DNA of 64,000 bases. Origin: Verrucomicrobiia bacterium (GTDB taxonomy: Bacteria; Verrucomicrobiota; Verrucomicrobiia; Limisphaerales; UBA1319). The stretch's first letter is position 1, and every line of letters begins with the position of its first letter. The notes under the pieces were generated by a model. The model was not told the origin of the DNA and did no database searches. It saw only the letters and a program-made list of their open reading frames with translations. Below, piece by piece: positions 42,246 to 51,448 of the stretch. Location: NCBI GenBank assembly GCA_963664225.1, contig OY760937.1, positions 3,360,001 to 3,424,000 on the forward strand, written 5' to 3'. The position numbers and the translations under genes were made by a program.

Positions 42246-43427
42246 ATGACGCAAAGGCGATTGGATAAAAAGGGCAATGGTGGATTGAGTGGGTTTTCCA
42301 CACGGGCGGTGCATGCGGGCCACGGTTTCGAGGGAAACACGGGCGCCGTGATGCCCCCGGTGTACCTGACCTCGACCTTCGAGAGCGGCAATGCCGATGG
42401 ATTCGACTACACACGTTCGGGGAATCCCAATTTCAGGATTCTCGATGAGTGCATGGCGTCGTGGGAAGGGGCGCGTTTTGCAACCTGTTTTGCCAGCGGC
42501 GTTTCCGCCATCACGGCTGTGGTATCCAGTCTCAAGAGCGGCGACCTGATCCTGGCCGAGGAGAATCTCTACGGCTGCACCTATCGGATGTTCGAGCGCG
42601 TGTTCGCCAAGTTCGGCTTGCGCGTTCTTTACGCCGATCTTTCAAAGAAGGACAACTGGGAGTTGATCGCGCGGGAGCATCCGACATTGGTGTGGCTGGA
42701 GAGCCCGACGAACCCGCTTTTGAAGATTATCGATATTGCCGGCATCGCCGAAGTGGCCAGGAAAGCGGCAGTGGAGACCCTTGTGGACAACACCTTCGCC
42801 TCGCCCTATCTGCAACGTCCGCTGGAGCTGGGCGCGACGCTTTCGCTCAGTTCGACCACCAAGTATATAAATGGCCACAGCGATTGCCTGGGCGGCGTTG
42901 TGGCGACCGACAGCGCCGATTGGCACGACCGGATGGTGTTCGCTCAAAAAGCGCTGGGGCTGCAACCGGGTCCATTCGATGCGTGGCTGACCACGCGCGG
43001 GCAGCGAACGCTGGCCTTGCGCATGGAACGGCATTGCGACAACGCGCTACGGTTGGCCCAGTGGCTGGAGACGCAGACGGGGGTGGGCCAGGTGCGGCAT
43101 CCCTTCCTGGCCAGTCATCCGCAGCATGCATTGGCGAAACGGCAGATGTCGGGAGGGTCGGGACTTTTCACGGCGGAACTGGATTGTTCCATCGAGGCGG
43201 CGCTGGAGTTTTGTCGGCGCTTGAAATTATTCACTTTGGCCGAGAGCCTGGGTGGTGTGGAGAGTTTGATCTGTCATCCGGCGACCATGACGCACGCCTC
43301 CGTGCCGGCTGAAGTGCGGAGGAAAGTGGGAATCACGGACGGGTTGCTGCGGTTTTCCGTTGGGATAGAGGATTTCGAGGATTTGCGGGCGGATATCGAA
43401 CAGGCGCTGGAAGGGGTGAAGGCATGA
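42246..43427 (+). CDS. Cystathionine gamma-synthase/lyase family PLP enzyme
   Basis: GAVMPPVYLTSTF, YTRSGNP, WLESPTNP, STTKYINGHSD, LAESLGGVESL..HPA.MTH. Confidence 0.93.
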   Translation: MTQRRLDKKGNGGLSGFSTRAVHAGHGFEGNTGAVMPPVYLTSTFESGNADGFDYTRSGNPNFRILDECMASWEGARFATCFASGVSAITAVVSSLKSGDLILAEENLYGCTYRMFERVFAKFGLRVLYADLSKKDNWELIAREHPTLVWLESPTNPLLKIIDIAGIAEVARKAAVETLVDNTFASPYLQRPLELGATLSLSSTTKYINGHSDCLGGVVATDSADWHDRMVFAQKALGLQPGPFDAWLTTRGQRTLALRMERHCDNALRLAQWLETQTGVGQVRHPFLASHPQHALAKRQMSGGSGLFTAELDCSIEAALEFCRRLKLFTLAESLGGVESLICHPATMTHASVPAEVRRKVGITDGLLRFSVGIEDFEDLRADIEQALEGVKA

Positions 43428-44887
43428 ACGCACAAGATTTGATCCAACATCCACTGTCCACGGGCGAGACCCTGGGACACGCGTTGCCCGAATCCACTCA
43501 CGCCGTGTCGATGTCGCTGCCCCGGTGGAGCGATGTGGTCGGCTACGAAGAGCATAAATCGGAGGTCTGGTCGCACATCAAAATCGGTTATCCCCGGTTT
43601 GTTTATCATCCGCTGGTGCAGGCGTTGATCCAGCGTCTCGATGCAGGTCCGCACTGTCTGCCTTTTCCCTCGGAGCGCGTTGCGAAATTGTGCGTGGCCT
43701 ATATTGAACGGGCCACTGGAGAACCGGCGCGGGTTGTGGTGGTCGGTGGCATCCGGGGGACAAGCACCACGGAGGCCGGGGCGGTGGCGCTGCGGTCCTT
43801 CTGGCAACAGACGGGCCTGATTGTCTCCAGCCGCCACGCGGAGGCACTGCTGGAGGGACGCCCGCAGGATTCCGATGCCAGGGATGCGCGGGATTCGGTG
43901 CGGTGGCAGTTGGCGGGGCTGTATGACTGCAATCCTGACGACGTGTTTTTGACGCCCTCGGGGATGGCGGCGCATTATGCGGCCCTGCGCGCGGTCAATA
44001 CCTGGCGGCCCGGACGGCCCACGGCGCAACTGGGATTTCCATACGCGGACACCTTGAAGCTGCAGCAGAAATTCGGTTTTGGGGCGCATTTGCTTCACAA
44101 CCTGCCAACCATTCCGCAGGATTTGAAACAGTTGATCACGGCGCATTCCGTGGCGGCCTGTTTTTGCGAAATTCCCGGCAATCCGCTGCTTGGTTCCGCC
44201 GACATACCGGCCATCACGCCCATGTTGCGCGAGCATCGGGTGCCGCTGGTGATCGACGACGTGGTGGCCACGCCGTTGAATATCGACACGCGTCCCCATG
44301 CCGCGCTGATTGCGACGAGCCTGACGAAATTCATCTCGGGCACCTGCGACGTGATGGGTGGGGCGCTCATCTGCAATCCCGCCTCCCCGTTTTTCCGCGA
44401 GCTCAAGCCGATCCTGCGCGCGGGGCACGAGGAATTGCTGTGGGGCGCGGACGCCCGGGTGCTTGCGGACCAGGCGCGCGGTTTTCCGGAGCGCATGCGC
44501 CGTCATAACGCCAATGGCCTGTTCCTGGCGGAAAAGCTGCGGGCGCATCCCAACATTGAGCGGGTGTGGTATCCGAAATGGGAATGCGCGGACGCTTACG
44601 AGGCGCTGCGTCGGCCGGATGGCGGCTATGGCGCGCTGCTGGCCTTCCTGCCCCGCAATGCCGCCGAGACGTCGCCGCGGATTTTCGATGCCATGGATGT
44701 TTGCAAAGGGCCGAGCCTGGGCACGATATTCACGCTGGCCTGCCCCTTCACGCTGCTGGCCCATTACAACGAATTGAACTGGGCCGAAGCCTGCGGTGTT
44801 CCCCGGAATTTGATCCGCATATCCACCGGCCTGGAGGATCCCGGGGACCTCTGGCGGCGCATGGAGCGGGCGCTTGAATTGAAGTGA
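43424..44887 (+). CDS. Long-form cystathionine gamma-synthase-like PLP enzyme
   Basis: N-terminal HAVSMSLPRW..VVGYEE...GYPRF extension, CEIPGNPLL, SLTKFISGTCDVMGG (PLP Lys), KGPSLGT.FTLACPFTLLAHY. Confidence 0.85.
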   Translation: MNAQDLIQHPLSTGETLGHALPESTHAVSMSLPRWSDVVGYEEHKSEVWSHIKIGYPRFVYHPLVQALIQRLDAGPHCLPFPSERVAKLCVAYIERATGEPARVVVVGGIRGTSTTEAGAVALRSFWQQTGLIVSSRHAEALLEGRPQDSDARDARDSVRWQLAGLYDCNPDDVFLTPSGMAAHYAALRAVNTWRPGRPTAQLGFPYADTLKLQQKFGFGAHLLHNLPTIPQDLKQLITAHSVAACFCEIPGNPLLGSADIPAITPMLREHRVPLVIDDVVATPLNIDTRPHAALIATSLTKFISGTCDVMGGALICNPASPFFRELKPILRAGHEELLWGADARVLADQARGFPERMRRHNANGLFLAEKLRAHPNIERVWYPKWECADAYEALRRPDGGYGALLAFLPRNAAETSPRIFDAMDVCKGPSLGTIFTLACPFTLLAHYNELNWAEACGVPRNLIRISTGLEDPGDLWRRMERALELK

Positions 44888-44918
44888 CACCGGGCCGGGC
44901 GCACCCTAAACGTGACGG

Positions 44919-45683
44919 GTGCATGATTATGGCGCAATAGCGTTGGCCGCGTTGGCGGTGTTGTTCATCGGATTGTCCAAGGCGGGCTTTGGTGGCGGCC
45001 TGGGCATGCTGGTGACCCCGTTGTGCGTGCTGGCCTTTGACGCCAAAGTGGCCATCGGCGTTCTCCTGCCGCTGCTGTGCGCGGGGGACGTGTTTTCGCT
45101 TTACCATTACTGGGGCAAATGGGACCGGCGCAACCTGCTATATCTTGTGCCCGGAGTGGTGGTGGGCGTGTTGATCGGGGTGCAATTCATCGGCCAGATT
45201 TCCGCGCGTAACCTGAACCTGTCAATCGGCATCCTGGCGGTGGCGTTCGTCCTGTTTCAGTTCTTCAAAGAATACATATTCCGCGCCGAGGGCGTGTTCA
45301 AACCCGGTCACGGTCTGGGCATTCCCTGCGGGATCGGGGCCGGATTCACATCCAGCATTGCCCACGGGGCCGGACCGGTGGTGAGCGTGTTCTTGATCCC
45401 GCAAAAGCTCCCCAAGGAAATATTTGTGGGCACCAACGTGCTCGTGTTCACCTGGGTGAACTGGATCAAGATGCCCTTTTTTGTGGGCCACGGAATCGTC
45501 ACGCGGGAAACCCTGATCACGAGCCTGGAATTCCTGCCGATCATCCCGGTCGGTGTTTGGCTGGGGGTGTGGTTGAACCGGAAGTTTTCCGAAGGCGTTT
45601 TCACCCAGTTGATCTATTTGTTCACCTTCCTGGCGGGCATTGAGTTGATCTTCAATTTCGATTTCGCCCATTGGTTTAAATAG
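44919..45683 (+). CDS. TauE/SafE family sulfite exporter
   Basis: GLSKAGFGGGLG and AGFTSSIAHGAGP repeats, about 8 TM segments. Confidence 0.9.
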   Translation: MHDYGAIALAALAVLFIGLSKAGFGGGLGMLVTPLCVLAFDAKVAIGVLLPLLCAGDVFSLYHYWGKWDRRNLLYLVPGVVVGVLIGVQFIGQISARNLNLSIGILAVAFVLFQFFKEYIFRAEGVFKPGHGLGIPCGIGAGFTSSIAHGAGPVVSVFLIPQKLPKEIFVGTNVLVFTWVNWIKMPFFVGHGIVTRETLITSLEFLPIIPVGVWLGVWLNRKFSEGVFTQLIYLFTFLAGIELIFNFDFAHWFK

Positions 45684-45720
45684 CGTAAAAATCGGCCATC
45701 GGTTATAAGGAATTATCACC

Positions 45721-46632
45721 ATGTGCGAAGAATCCGATAATGACTGCCGGGTGCCCTCAACCGGCGCGTTGGCAGATGTGGGGCCAGCGTTCGCGAATGT
45801 TGTAGGCCGGGTGCCCTCACCCGGCGCTCTCTCCGAGCCATTGCCCCGCCGACTTCGACGACTCCACCGCGTCTGGCCTGATCGTGATGGCAATATTTCG
45901 TATTTTCTGACCATTTGTGTGGAAGGTCGCGCCCATGCTCTGGCTAATTCAGACACGTTTGGACGATTGACCGATTTTCTCGTCGATTCCCCAATGCGTT
46001 ATGGATGGTATCCACGACGGTTCGTATTGATGCCGGATCACCTTCATTTGATTGCCCACCAAAGCCCGGCGGCGGTGCGGTTGGGCCAATGGATAAAGGC
46101 GTTGAAAGTTGTGGTGCGCGGATTGGAACGGCGAGATATTCGACAGGGCAATTCCCCGGAACGCCCGGTGGGGGCACCGGGCCTACAGGGTGGAGCGTTG
46201 GCAGATGTTGGATGTCCGAGGCCAACGAATGCGAACAATGTAGGCCGGGTGCCCTCACCCGGCGAAACTTCATCAGGAGTCAATGACGTCCACGAATTTA
46301 CCCGCGACCAAACCGTCTGGCGTTGGCAGGAAGGATTCCACGACCACAAATTCCGCTCCGTCGAAAGCGAACAACGGAAATGGGAATACATATGTTTGAA
46401 TCCTGTGCGTTACGGCTTGGTGGCCCGACCGGAACAATGGTCATACGGCGGTGAGATTTATTACGATGCGAATGTGGGACCACAATTGGTTGCGGGGACG
46501 CCACCGTTATTTGAGACGGGTTTATTGATGGAACCTTCAGATTGCATCGAGGATGGCCAATCGGGTGTGGATGCATCCTCGACGCTCGAAGGCAGCAAAA
46601 ATGGAGGGGCGCCAGATGGGCCATCCTTATAA
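45721..46632 (+). mobile_element. REP-associated tyrosine transposase (RAYT/TnpA-REP, HUH Y1 family) with in-frame REP insertion
   Basis: YFLTIC, FVLMPDHLHLI (HUH), WQEGFHDH and EYICLNPVRYGLV..PEQWSY (catalytic Tyr). The start may be TTG at 45841 (LPRRLRRL). Confidence 0.9.
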
Positions 46633-46700
46633 TTTCAATCAAGATCGCATTGGAGGGGTTGTGGATTATGCCGAACGCCCGGTGAGGGCACCGGGCCTAC
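45746..46700. repeat. Five GTAG-family REP copies (consensus GTAGGCC(G/C)GGTGCCCTCACC(C/G)GGCG)
   Basis: Copies at 45746-45766 (+, degenerate), 45802-45826 (+), 46162-46186 (-), 46240-46264 (+) and 46676-46700 (-). Confidence 0.9.
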
Positions 46701-49700
46701 AGGGTGGCGCAAGGTCCGTTCGGGGTCCCTTATTGGCCGGAGTTCTGGCACTGTGTTTGTGCATCGGTGATTCGGTGGCGGCGGAACAGGCGCCGCTTGT
46801 GATTCAGGAGGGTCCGCCCCCGATGAGCACGCCGCCGACTCCGGTTTCCAGTTCGAGCGCGGAATACTGGGTGGAAACCTGGCGAACGGACAACGGCCTG
46901 CCGGATAACACCATCAATGCCATTCTGCAAACCCGTGATGGTTACTTGTGGTTGGGGACGGCTGGAGGCCTGGCGCGGTTTGACGGGGTTCGTTTCACAA
47001 CGCCGCTGTCGGCTGAATTCAAGGGCGTGCGGATCACCGCGCTGTGCGAGGATCGATCCGGCCGGTTATGGATCGGGACGCAGGATGCGGGTCTGCTCTG
47101 CCGGCAAGCCGGCGGCTATGTGCATTTCACCAAGACCCAGGGTTTGCTGGATAACACCATCACCTGTCTGGCGGAGGATACCTTTGGAGGGATCTGGATG
47201 GGCACGCCCGCAGGCTTGAATCATTTCAAGGACGGAGTCATTTCGAGCTATGCCGGGCCGGAGGCGCTGCCGCACGATTTCATTTCAGGCATTCACGCCG
47301 GGCGTAGCGGCAACCTCTGGATCACCATTCGCACCGGCGTCTGCCAGTTCCGGAACGGGCGCGTGGTGCCGTTCGAATACAAGGATAATAACCAGGGCCG
47401 CAACGCCGAATACCTGGGCGTTTATGAGGATCGCGCCGGCAATCTTTGGGCCTATGGCGACACTTTTTTACTCAATGTTGGTCAGGGCAAACGCTTTAAT
47501 TATTTCAAATCCAGCGATCCATCCTCCTCGCGCGTGTGGACCATTTTCGAGGGTCAGGAAGGGGACCTGTGGATCGGAACCAGCGGACGCGGCCTGTTTT
47601 TATTTCACGACGGGCGGTTCGAAGCCGCCCCCGTGCAGGAAGGGCAATTGGCCAACGACATCCGCGCCATCTTCCAGGATCGCGAGGGAGACCTCTGGGT
47701 GGGGTCGTCCGGGGAAGGCTTGTCGCGTTTGAAGCCGCGTCGCGTGCATGTGGCTGGAACCGAATCCGGGCTGCCGGATCGCCATTTTCGGGCGCTGGCC
47801 CAGGGCCCGCAGGAGCGGACCTGGGTCGGGTTTGAGGACGGCGGGTTGTGGCAGGGGCCGGAGGGGCATTTCGAACAGGCGCGCCAGATCAACGGTTTCG
47901 ATCCCGAATCGCATATCCGCTGTCTTCTGGGCGGCGAGGACGGCCGGGTGTGGGCTGGAATCTGGGGGATCGGTCTGGCGCAGATTAAAGAGGATAAAAT
48001 GGCCCTTTATACGATGGCCAACGGACTGGCCGATCCGCAAGTCACGGCGTTGTGCGAGGATTCATCGGGGGTTTTGTGGATCGGGACGCAGGGCGGGCCG
48101 TTGCAGAGCTGGGATGGACGGCAGTTTGCGACCTTTGGTCGCAGGGATGGACTGCCGGGCCAGGCCATTCTCTGTCTCCTGGCGGATACGAACGGCGCGG
48201 TTTGGGCGGGCACCGATGGGGGCGGCGTTTTGAAGTGCGGGAAAACCGGTGTTTCGCCGCCTGTGTTCGGGGGCGTCCGGGTGGCGGCTCTTTGCAAAGA
48301 CCGCGAGGGCCGCTTGTGGGTGGGCACCGAAGGCCGGGGACTGGGCTTGATCGTCGGCGGGCAAGCGCGTTTCTGCACCACGCTCAACGGTTTGCCTTCG
48401 GATCGGGTTTCACAAATCCTGGAGGACGATTCCGGTAATCTCTGGCTGGGTGTGCCCGAAGGCATCGCGCAGATTCCAAAGTCCGTGGCCGATGAATGGG
48501 TTCACCGCCAGGCGCCCATCCGCTGCCTGCTTTACGGGCCGGAGGATGGACTGCCCGCCAGCCCGCGGGGAAACGGGTGGAAGGCGGCCCGTAAATCGCC
48601 CAACGGCAGACTTTGGTTCGCGACCGAGTCGGCACTCGTGGTCGTTAATCCCACACAGCTTGTTTTCAACCAGCAGCCTCCGCCGGTCATCCTCGAAACC
48701 ATACGCGTCAACGGGCAGGTCGCGTGGGATGCCTCCGCGCGGCCGCTCCTGAGCCAGCTCCAAATCCAGGTCGATGCGGAACACGACAAGCCGGCGACAC
48801 CGTTCCTGAGAATCCCCCCCGACTGCCGGAACATCGAATTTCAATTCGCCGCGCCGAGCTTCATGGCGCCGGAAAAAGTGCGCTTCAAATACCGGCTCGA
48901 AGGCTTCGACCCGGACTGGGTGGATGGCGGGGCGGCGCGCCAGGCCCGCTACGGAAAACTGGTGTCGGGAGCTTATGCTTTCAAGGCCACCGCGTGCAAT
49001 AACGACGGGGCTTGGAATGAAGCGGGCGTGGAGGTTCTGCTGGAGGTGTTGACGCCGTTCTGGCGGACCTGGTGGTTTTTGGGCCTGAGTGGCATTGCGT
49101 TCATCGGTGCGATTACCGGGGGCATCCGGCTGGTGTTGCTGCGACGCCTGCGCCGGCACCTGCGCCGGGCTGAGCACCAGCGCGCCATGGAGAAGGAACG
49201 CACGCGCATTGCCCAGGACATGCATGATGAAATCGGCTCCAAACTCACCCGCATCTCCTTCCTGAGCGAGATGGCCAAGGCGCAGGCCGAACCGATGCCC
49301 CAGCTTAAACAACAAATCGATTCCATTGCCCTGACCTCGCGCGAGCTGCTCAAGAACCTTGACGAAATCGTGTGGGCCGTGAATCCGCGCAATGACACAC
49401 TCGAAGGCCTGGCCTCGTATTTAGGCCAATACGCCACAGAGTATTTTCAAGGGACGGCCATCCATTGCGAACTCGAACTGCCCGCCCATCTGCCCGCCTG
49501 TCCGCTGAATGCCGAATGCCGCCACAACGTCTTCCTGACCTTCGAGGAGGCGTTGAACAACGCGCTCAAACATTCGGGCGCTTCACGGGTTCGCGTGGAA
49601 ATGAGCCTGCCGCCCAATGCGTTTTGCGTGATGGTGACCGATGATGGCGCGGGTTTTATTCTGGAAAAGAGCGCTGACGGCACTTTTAAACGGGCGGGCA

Positions 49701-49870
49701 CGATGCACGGAACACGCATCTCCAACGGTTTGCACAATATGCGCCAGCGCGTCACGGATATCGGCGGCGAATGCGCCATTGAGAGCCAGCCGGGCAGGGG
49801 GGTGAGCGTGCGGTTGACGATTCCCCTTCCACAGGGTAACGAGAAGGGAAGATTTGACAACCTGCATTGA
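46661..49870 (+). CDS. Sensor histidine kinase with two-component-regulator propeller repeats, Y_Y_Y domain and HisKA_3
   Basis: GLPDNTINAILQTRDGYLWLGT repeats, FKYRLEGFD.DW...Y..L..G.Y.F, a TM helix, ERTRIAQDMHDEIGS, EALNNALKHS. The start is inferred at GTG 46661 after GGAGG. Confidence 0.92.
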   Translation: MDYAERPVRAPGLQGGARSVRGPLLAGVLALCLCIGDSVAAEQAPLVIQEGPPPMSTPPTPVSSSSAEYWVETWRTDNGLPDNTINAILQTRDGYLWLGTAGGLARFDGVRFTTPLSAEFKGVRITALCEDRSGRLWIGTQDAGLLCRQAGGYVHFTKTQGLLDNTITCLAEDTFGGIWMGTPAGLNHFKDGVISSYAGPEALPHDFISGIHAGRSGNLWITIRTGVCQFRNGRVVPFEYKDNNQGRNAEYLGVYEDRAGNLWAYGDTFLLNVGQGKRFNYFKSSDPSSSRVWTIFEGQEGDLWIGTSGRGLFLFHDGRFEAAPVQEGQLANDIRAIFQDREGDLWVGSSGEGLSRLKPRRVHVAGTESGLPDRHFRALAQGPQERTWVGFEDGGLWQGPEGHFEQARQINGFDPESHIRCLLGGEDGRVWAGIWGIGLAQIKEDKMALYTMANGLADPQVTALCEDSSGVLWIGTQGGPLQSWDGRQFATFGRRDGLPGQAILCLLADTNGAVWAGTDGGGVLKCGKTGVSPPVFGGVRVAALCKDREGRLWVGTEGRGLGLIVGGQARFCTTLNGLPSDRVSQILEDDSGNLWLGVPEGIAQIPKSVADEWVHRQAPIRCLLYGPEDGLPASPRGNGWKAARKSPNGRLWFATESALVVVNPTQLVFNQQPPPVILETIRVNGQVAWDASARPLLSQLQIQVDAEHDKPATPFLRIPPDCRNIEFQFAAPSFMAPEKVRFKYRLEGFDPDWVDGGAARQARYGKLVSGAYAFKATACNNDGAWNEAGVEVLLEVLTPFWRTWWFLGLSGIAFIGAITGGIRLVLLRRLRRHLRRAEHQRAMEKERTRIAQDMHDEIGSKLTRISFLSEMAKAQAEPMPQLKQQIDSIALTSRELLKNLDEIVWAVNPRNDTLEGLASYLGQYATEYFQGTAIHCELELPAHLPACPLNAECRHNVFLTFEEALNNALKHSGASRVRVEMSLPPNAFCVMVTDDGAGFILEKSADGTFKRAGTMHGTRISNGLHNMRQRVTDIGGECAIESQPGRGVSVRLTIPLPQGNEKGRFDNLH

Positions 49871-49920
49871 ACCGGCGATGGATGTTTTTGTTCCGGCCCG
49901 GCGCATCGCATTAAATTGAC

Positions 49921-50547
49921 ATGACCATCTCCATATCGATTGTCGAAGACGACGCAGGCCTGCGCGAGAGCATCACGCAGTATATCGGCGCTTCACGCGG
50001 GTTCCAGTGTGTCAGCCAGTATGCCAGCGCCGAGGAGGCCCTTGAGCATCTGGCGCAGGACAAGCCCGACGTGGTGCTCATGGACATCAACCTCGAGGGC
50101 ATGAGCGGCATCGAATGCGCGCGCCGACTCAAGACCGCAGCCCCGGCCATTCAAATTCTGATGCTGACGGTCTTTGACGACACGGAACAAATCTTCAACG
50201 CCCTGGCGGCGGGCGCCAGCGGTTATCTGTTAAAACGGGTGAATCCACCGAAGCTTTTGGAGGCCATTCGCGAGGTGCATGCGGGCGGATCGCCAATGTC
50301 CGGCCCCATCGCGCGCAAGGTCGTCAGCTCGTTTCAAGCCCAACAAGCCTCCATCCCACAAAAAGCGAATCTCTCGCCGCGAGAACGGGAAGTCCTCGAA
50401 TGCCTGGCCCAGGGGCGGGCTTATAAACAAATCAGCGATCAACTGGGCGTGAGCATCGATACCATTCGCACTTACATCCGCCGCATTTACGAGAAACTCC
50501 ATGTCTGCTCCCGTACGGAGGCGGTGGCCAAATACCTGAGGCCGTGA
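49921..50547 (+). CDS. NarL/LuxR-family response regulator
   Basis: IVEDD, VLMDINL, GASGYLLK and the LSPREREVL HTH. Confidence 0.95.
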   Translation: MTISISIVEDDAGLRESITQYIGASRGFQCVSQYASAEEALEHLAQDKPDVVLMDINLEGMSGIECARRLKTAAPAIQILMLTVFDDTEQIFNALAAGASGYLLKRVNPPKLLEAIREVHAGGSPMSGPIARKVVSSFQAQQASIPQKANLSPREREVLECLAQGRAYKQISDQLGVSIDTIRTYIRRIYEKLHVCSRTEAVAKYLRP

Positions 50548-50577
50548 CGTCAGCGCAGGTCAGCACCGTCGGCTTCC

Positions 50578-51357
50578 TTACTGGCCGTTGAGCATCCGGT
50601 TCTTGATGGTGGTGATTTTGCGCGCAATCGTTTTCAGATTGCGCGAGGGATAGCGGGCGGTGATGCGCTTGAGGCTCAGGGGATGCGAGGCGGGCGTGTT
50701 GATGCCAAACTCGGTTGTGCAGGCGGTCTGATAACCGGCTTCCATCACCAGGTTGCGCACATGCTCGTCATACTCGCCATAGGGATAGCAGAAGTGCTGA
50801 ATGGGCACGTCGAACAAATCCTCCAGCCGTTTTTTGCTGGCGGAAATTTCCTCCTGGGCGTCGCGGAGGGACAATCGGGAAAGCCGGGCGTGCGTGAGCG
50901 TATGCGAGCCAATTTCGTGGCCGGCCGCCAGCCAGGTCCGCACCTGGGCGGCGTCCATGAGCGGTTCGATCACCTCGCCGTCGCGCAGATCCCATTCGTT
51001 GTTTTTGCCGATTAAATTGGCGACCAAAAAAAGGACGGCCTGAAGCTTGCGGCGGTTGAGAATCTCCAGGGCGTTATCGAACACGCTGCTGAACCCATCG
51101 TCGAAAGTCAGGGCCATTGAGCGGGCGGGAGCCAGGCCGCTGACAATGCGTCCCAGTGATGGGGTGGAATATCCCGCCTCCTTTAATTCGGCCAGTTGCT
51201 GATCGAATCGAGTGGCGCCCAGGTACAAACCCTTCAGGCGCGCTCCCGCGGGCCGCGCGCCGATCTTATGATACATCAGTATCGGAATGCCTGTGGCGAA
51301 ATACTCCTCGAACCCTTCCAGAGTGGAGAAGTATCCCGGCAAATCTTCAAAAGACAT
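50578..51357 (-). CDS. Polysaccharide deacetylase (CE4/NodB) family protein
   Basis: PILMYHKI, LTFDDG, EIGSHTLTH, FCYPYG. Confidence 0.92.
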   Translation of the reverse strand: MSFEDLPGYFSTLEGFEEYFATGIPILMYHKIGARPAGARLKGLYLGATRFDQQLAELKEAGYSTPSLGRIVSGLAPARSMALTFDDGFSSVFDNALEILNRRKLQAVLFLVANLIGKNNEWDLRDGEVIEPLMDAAQVRTWLAAGHEIGSHTLTHARLSRLSLRDAQEEISASKKRLEDLFDVPIQHFCYPYGEYDEHVRNLVMEAGYQTACTTEFGINTPASHPLSLKRITARYPSRNLKTIARKITTIKNRMLNGQ

Positions 51358-51397
51358 AGGGCTTAATATGGCAGAAACGGAACGAAAGTCTAAAAAC

Positions 51398-51434
51398 AAA
51401 AAACCGGGGCCGCCCGCAAGGACGCCCCCGGTTT
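51398..51434 (-). terminator. Intrinsic terminator of tig
   Basis: Minus strand AAACCGGGGGCGTCC-TTGC-GGGCGGCCCCGGTTTTTT. Confidence 0.8.
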
Positions 51435-51448
51435 GAGTGCAAATATGA

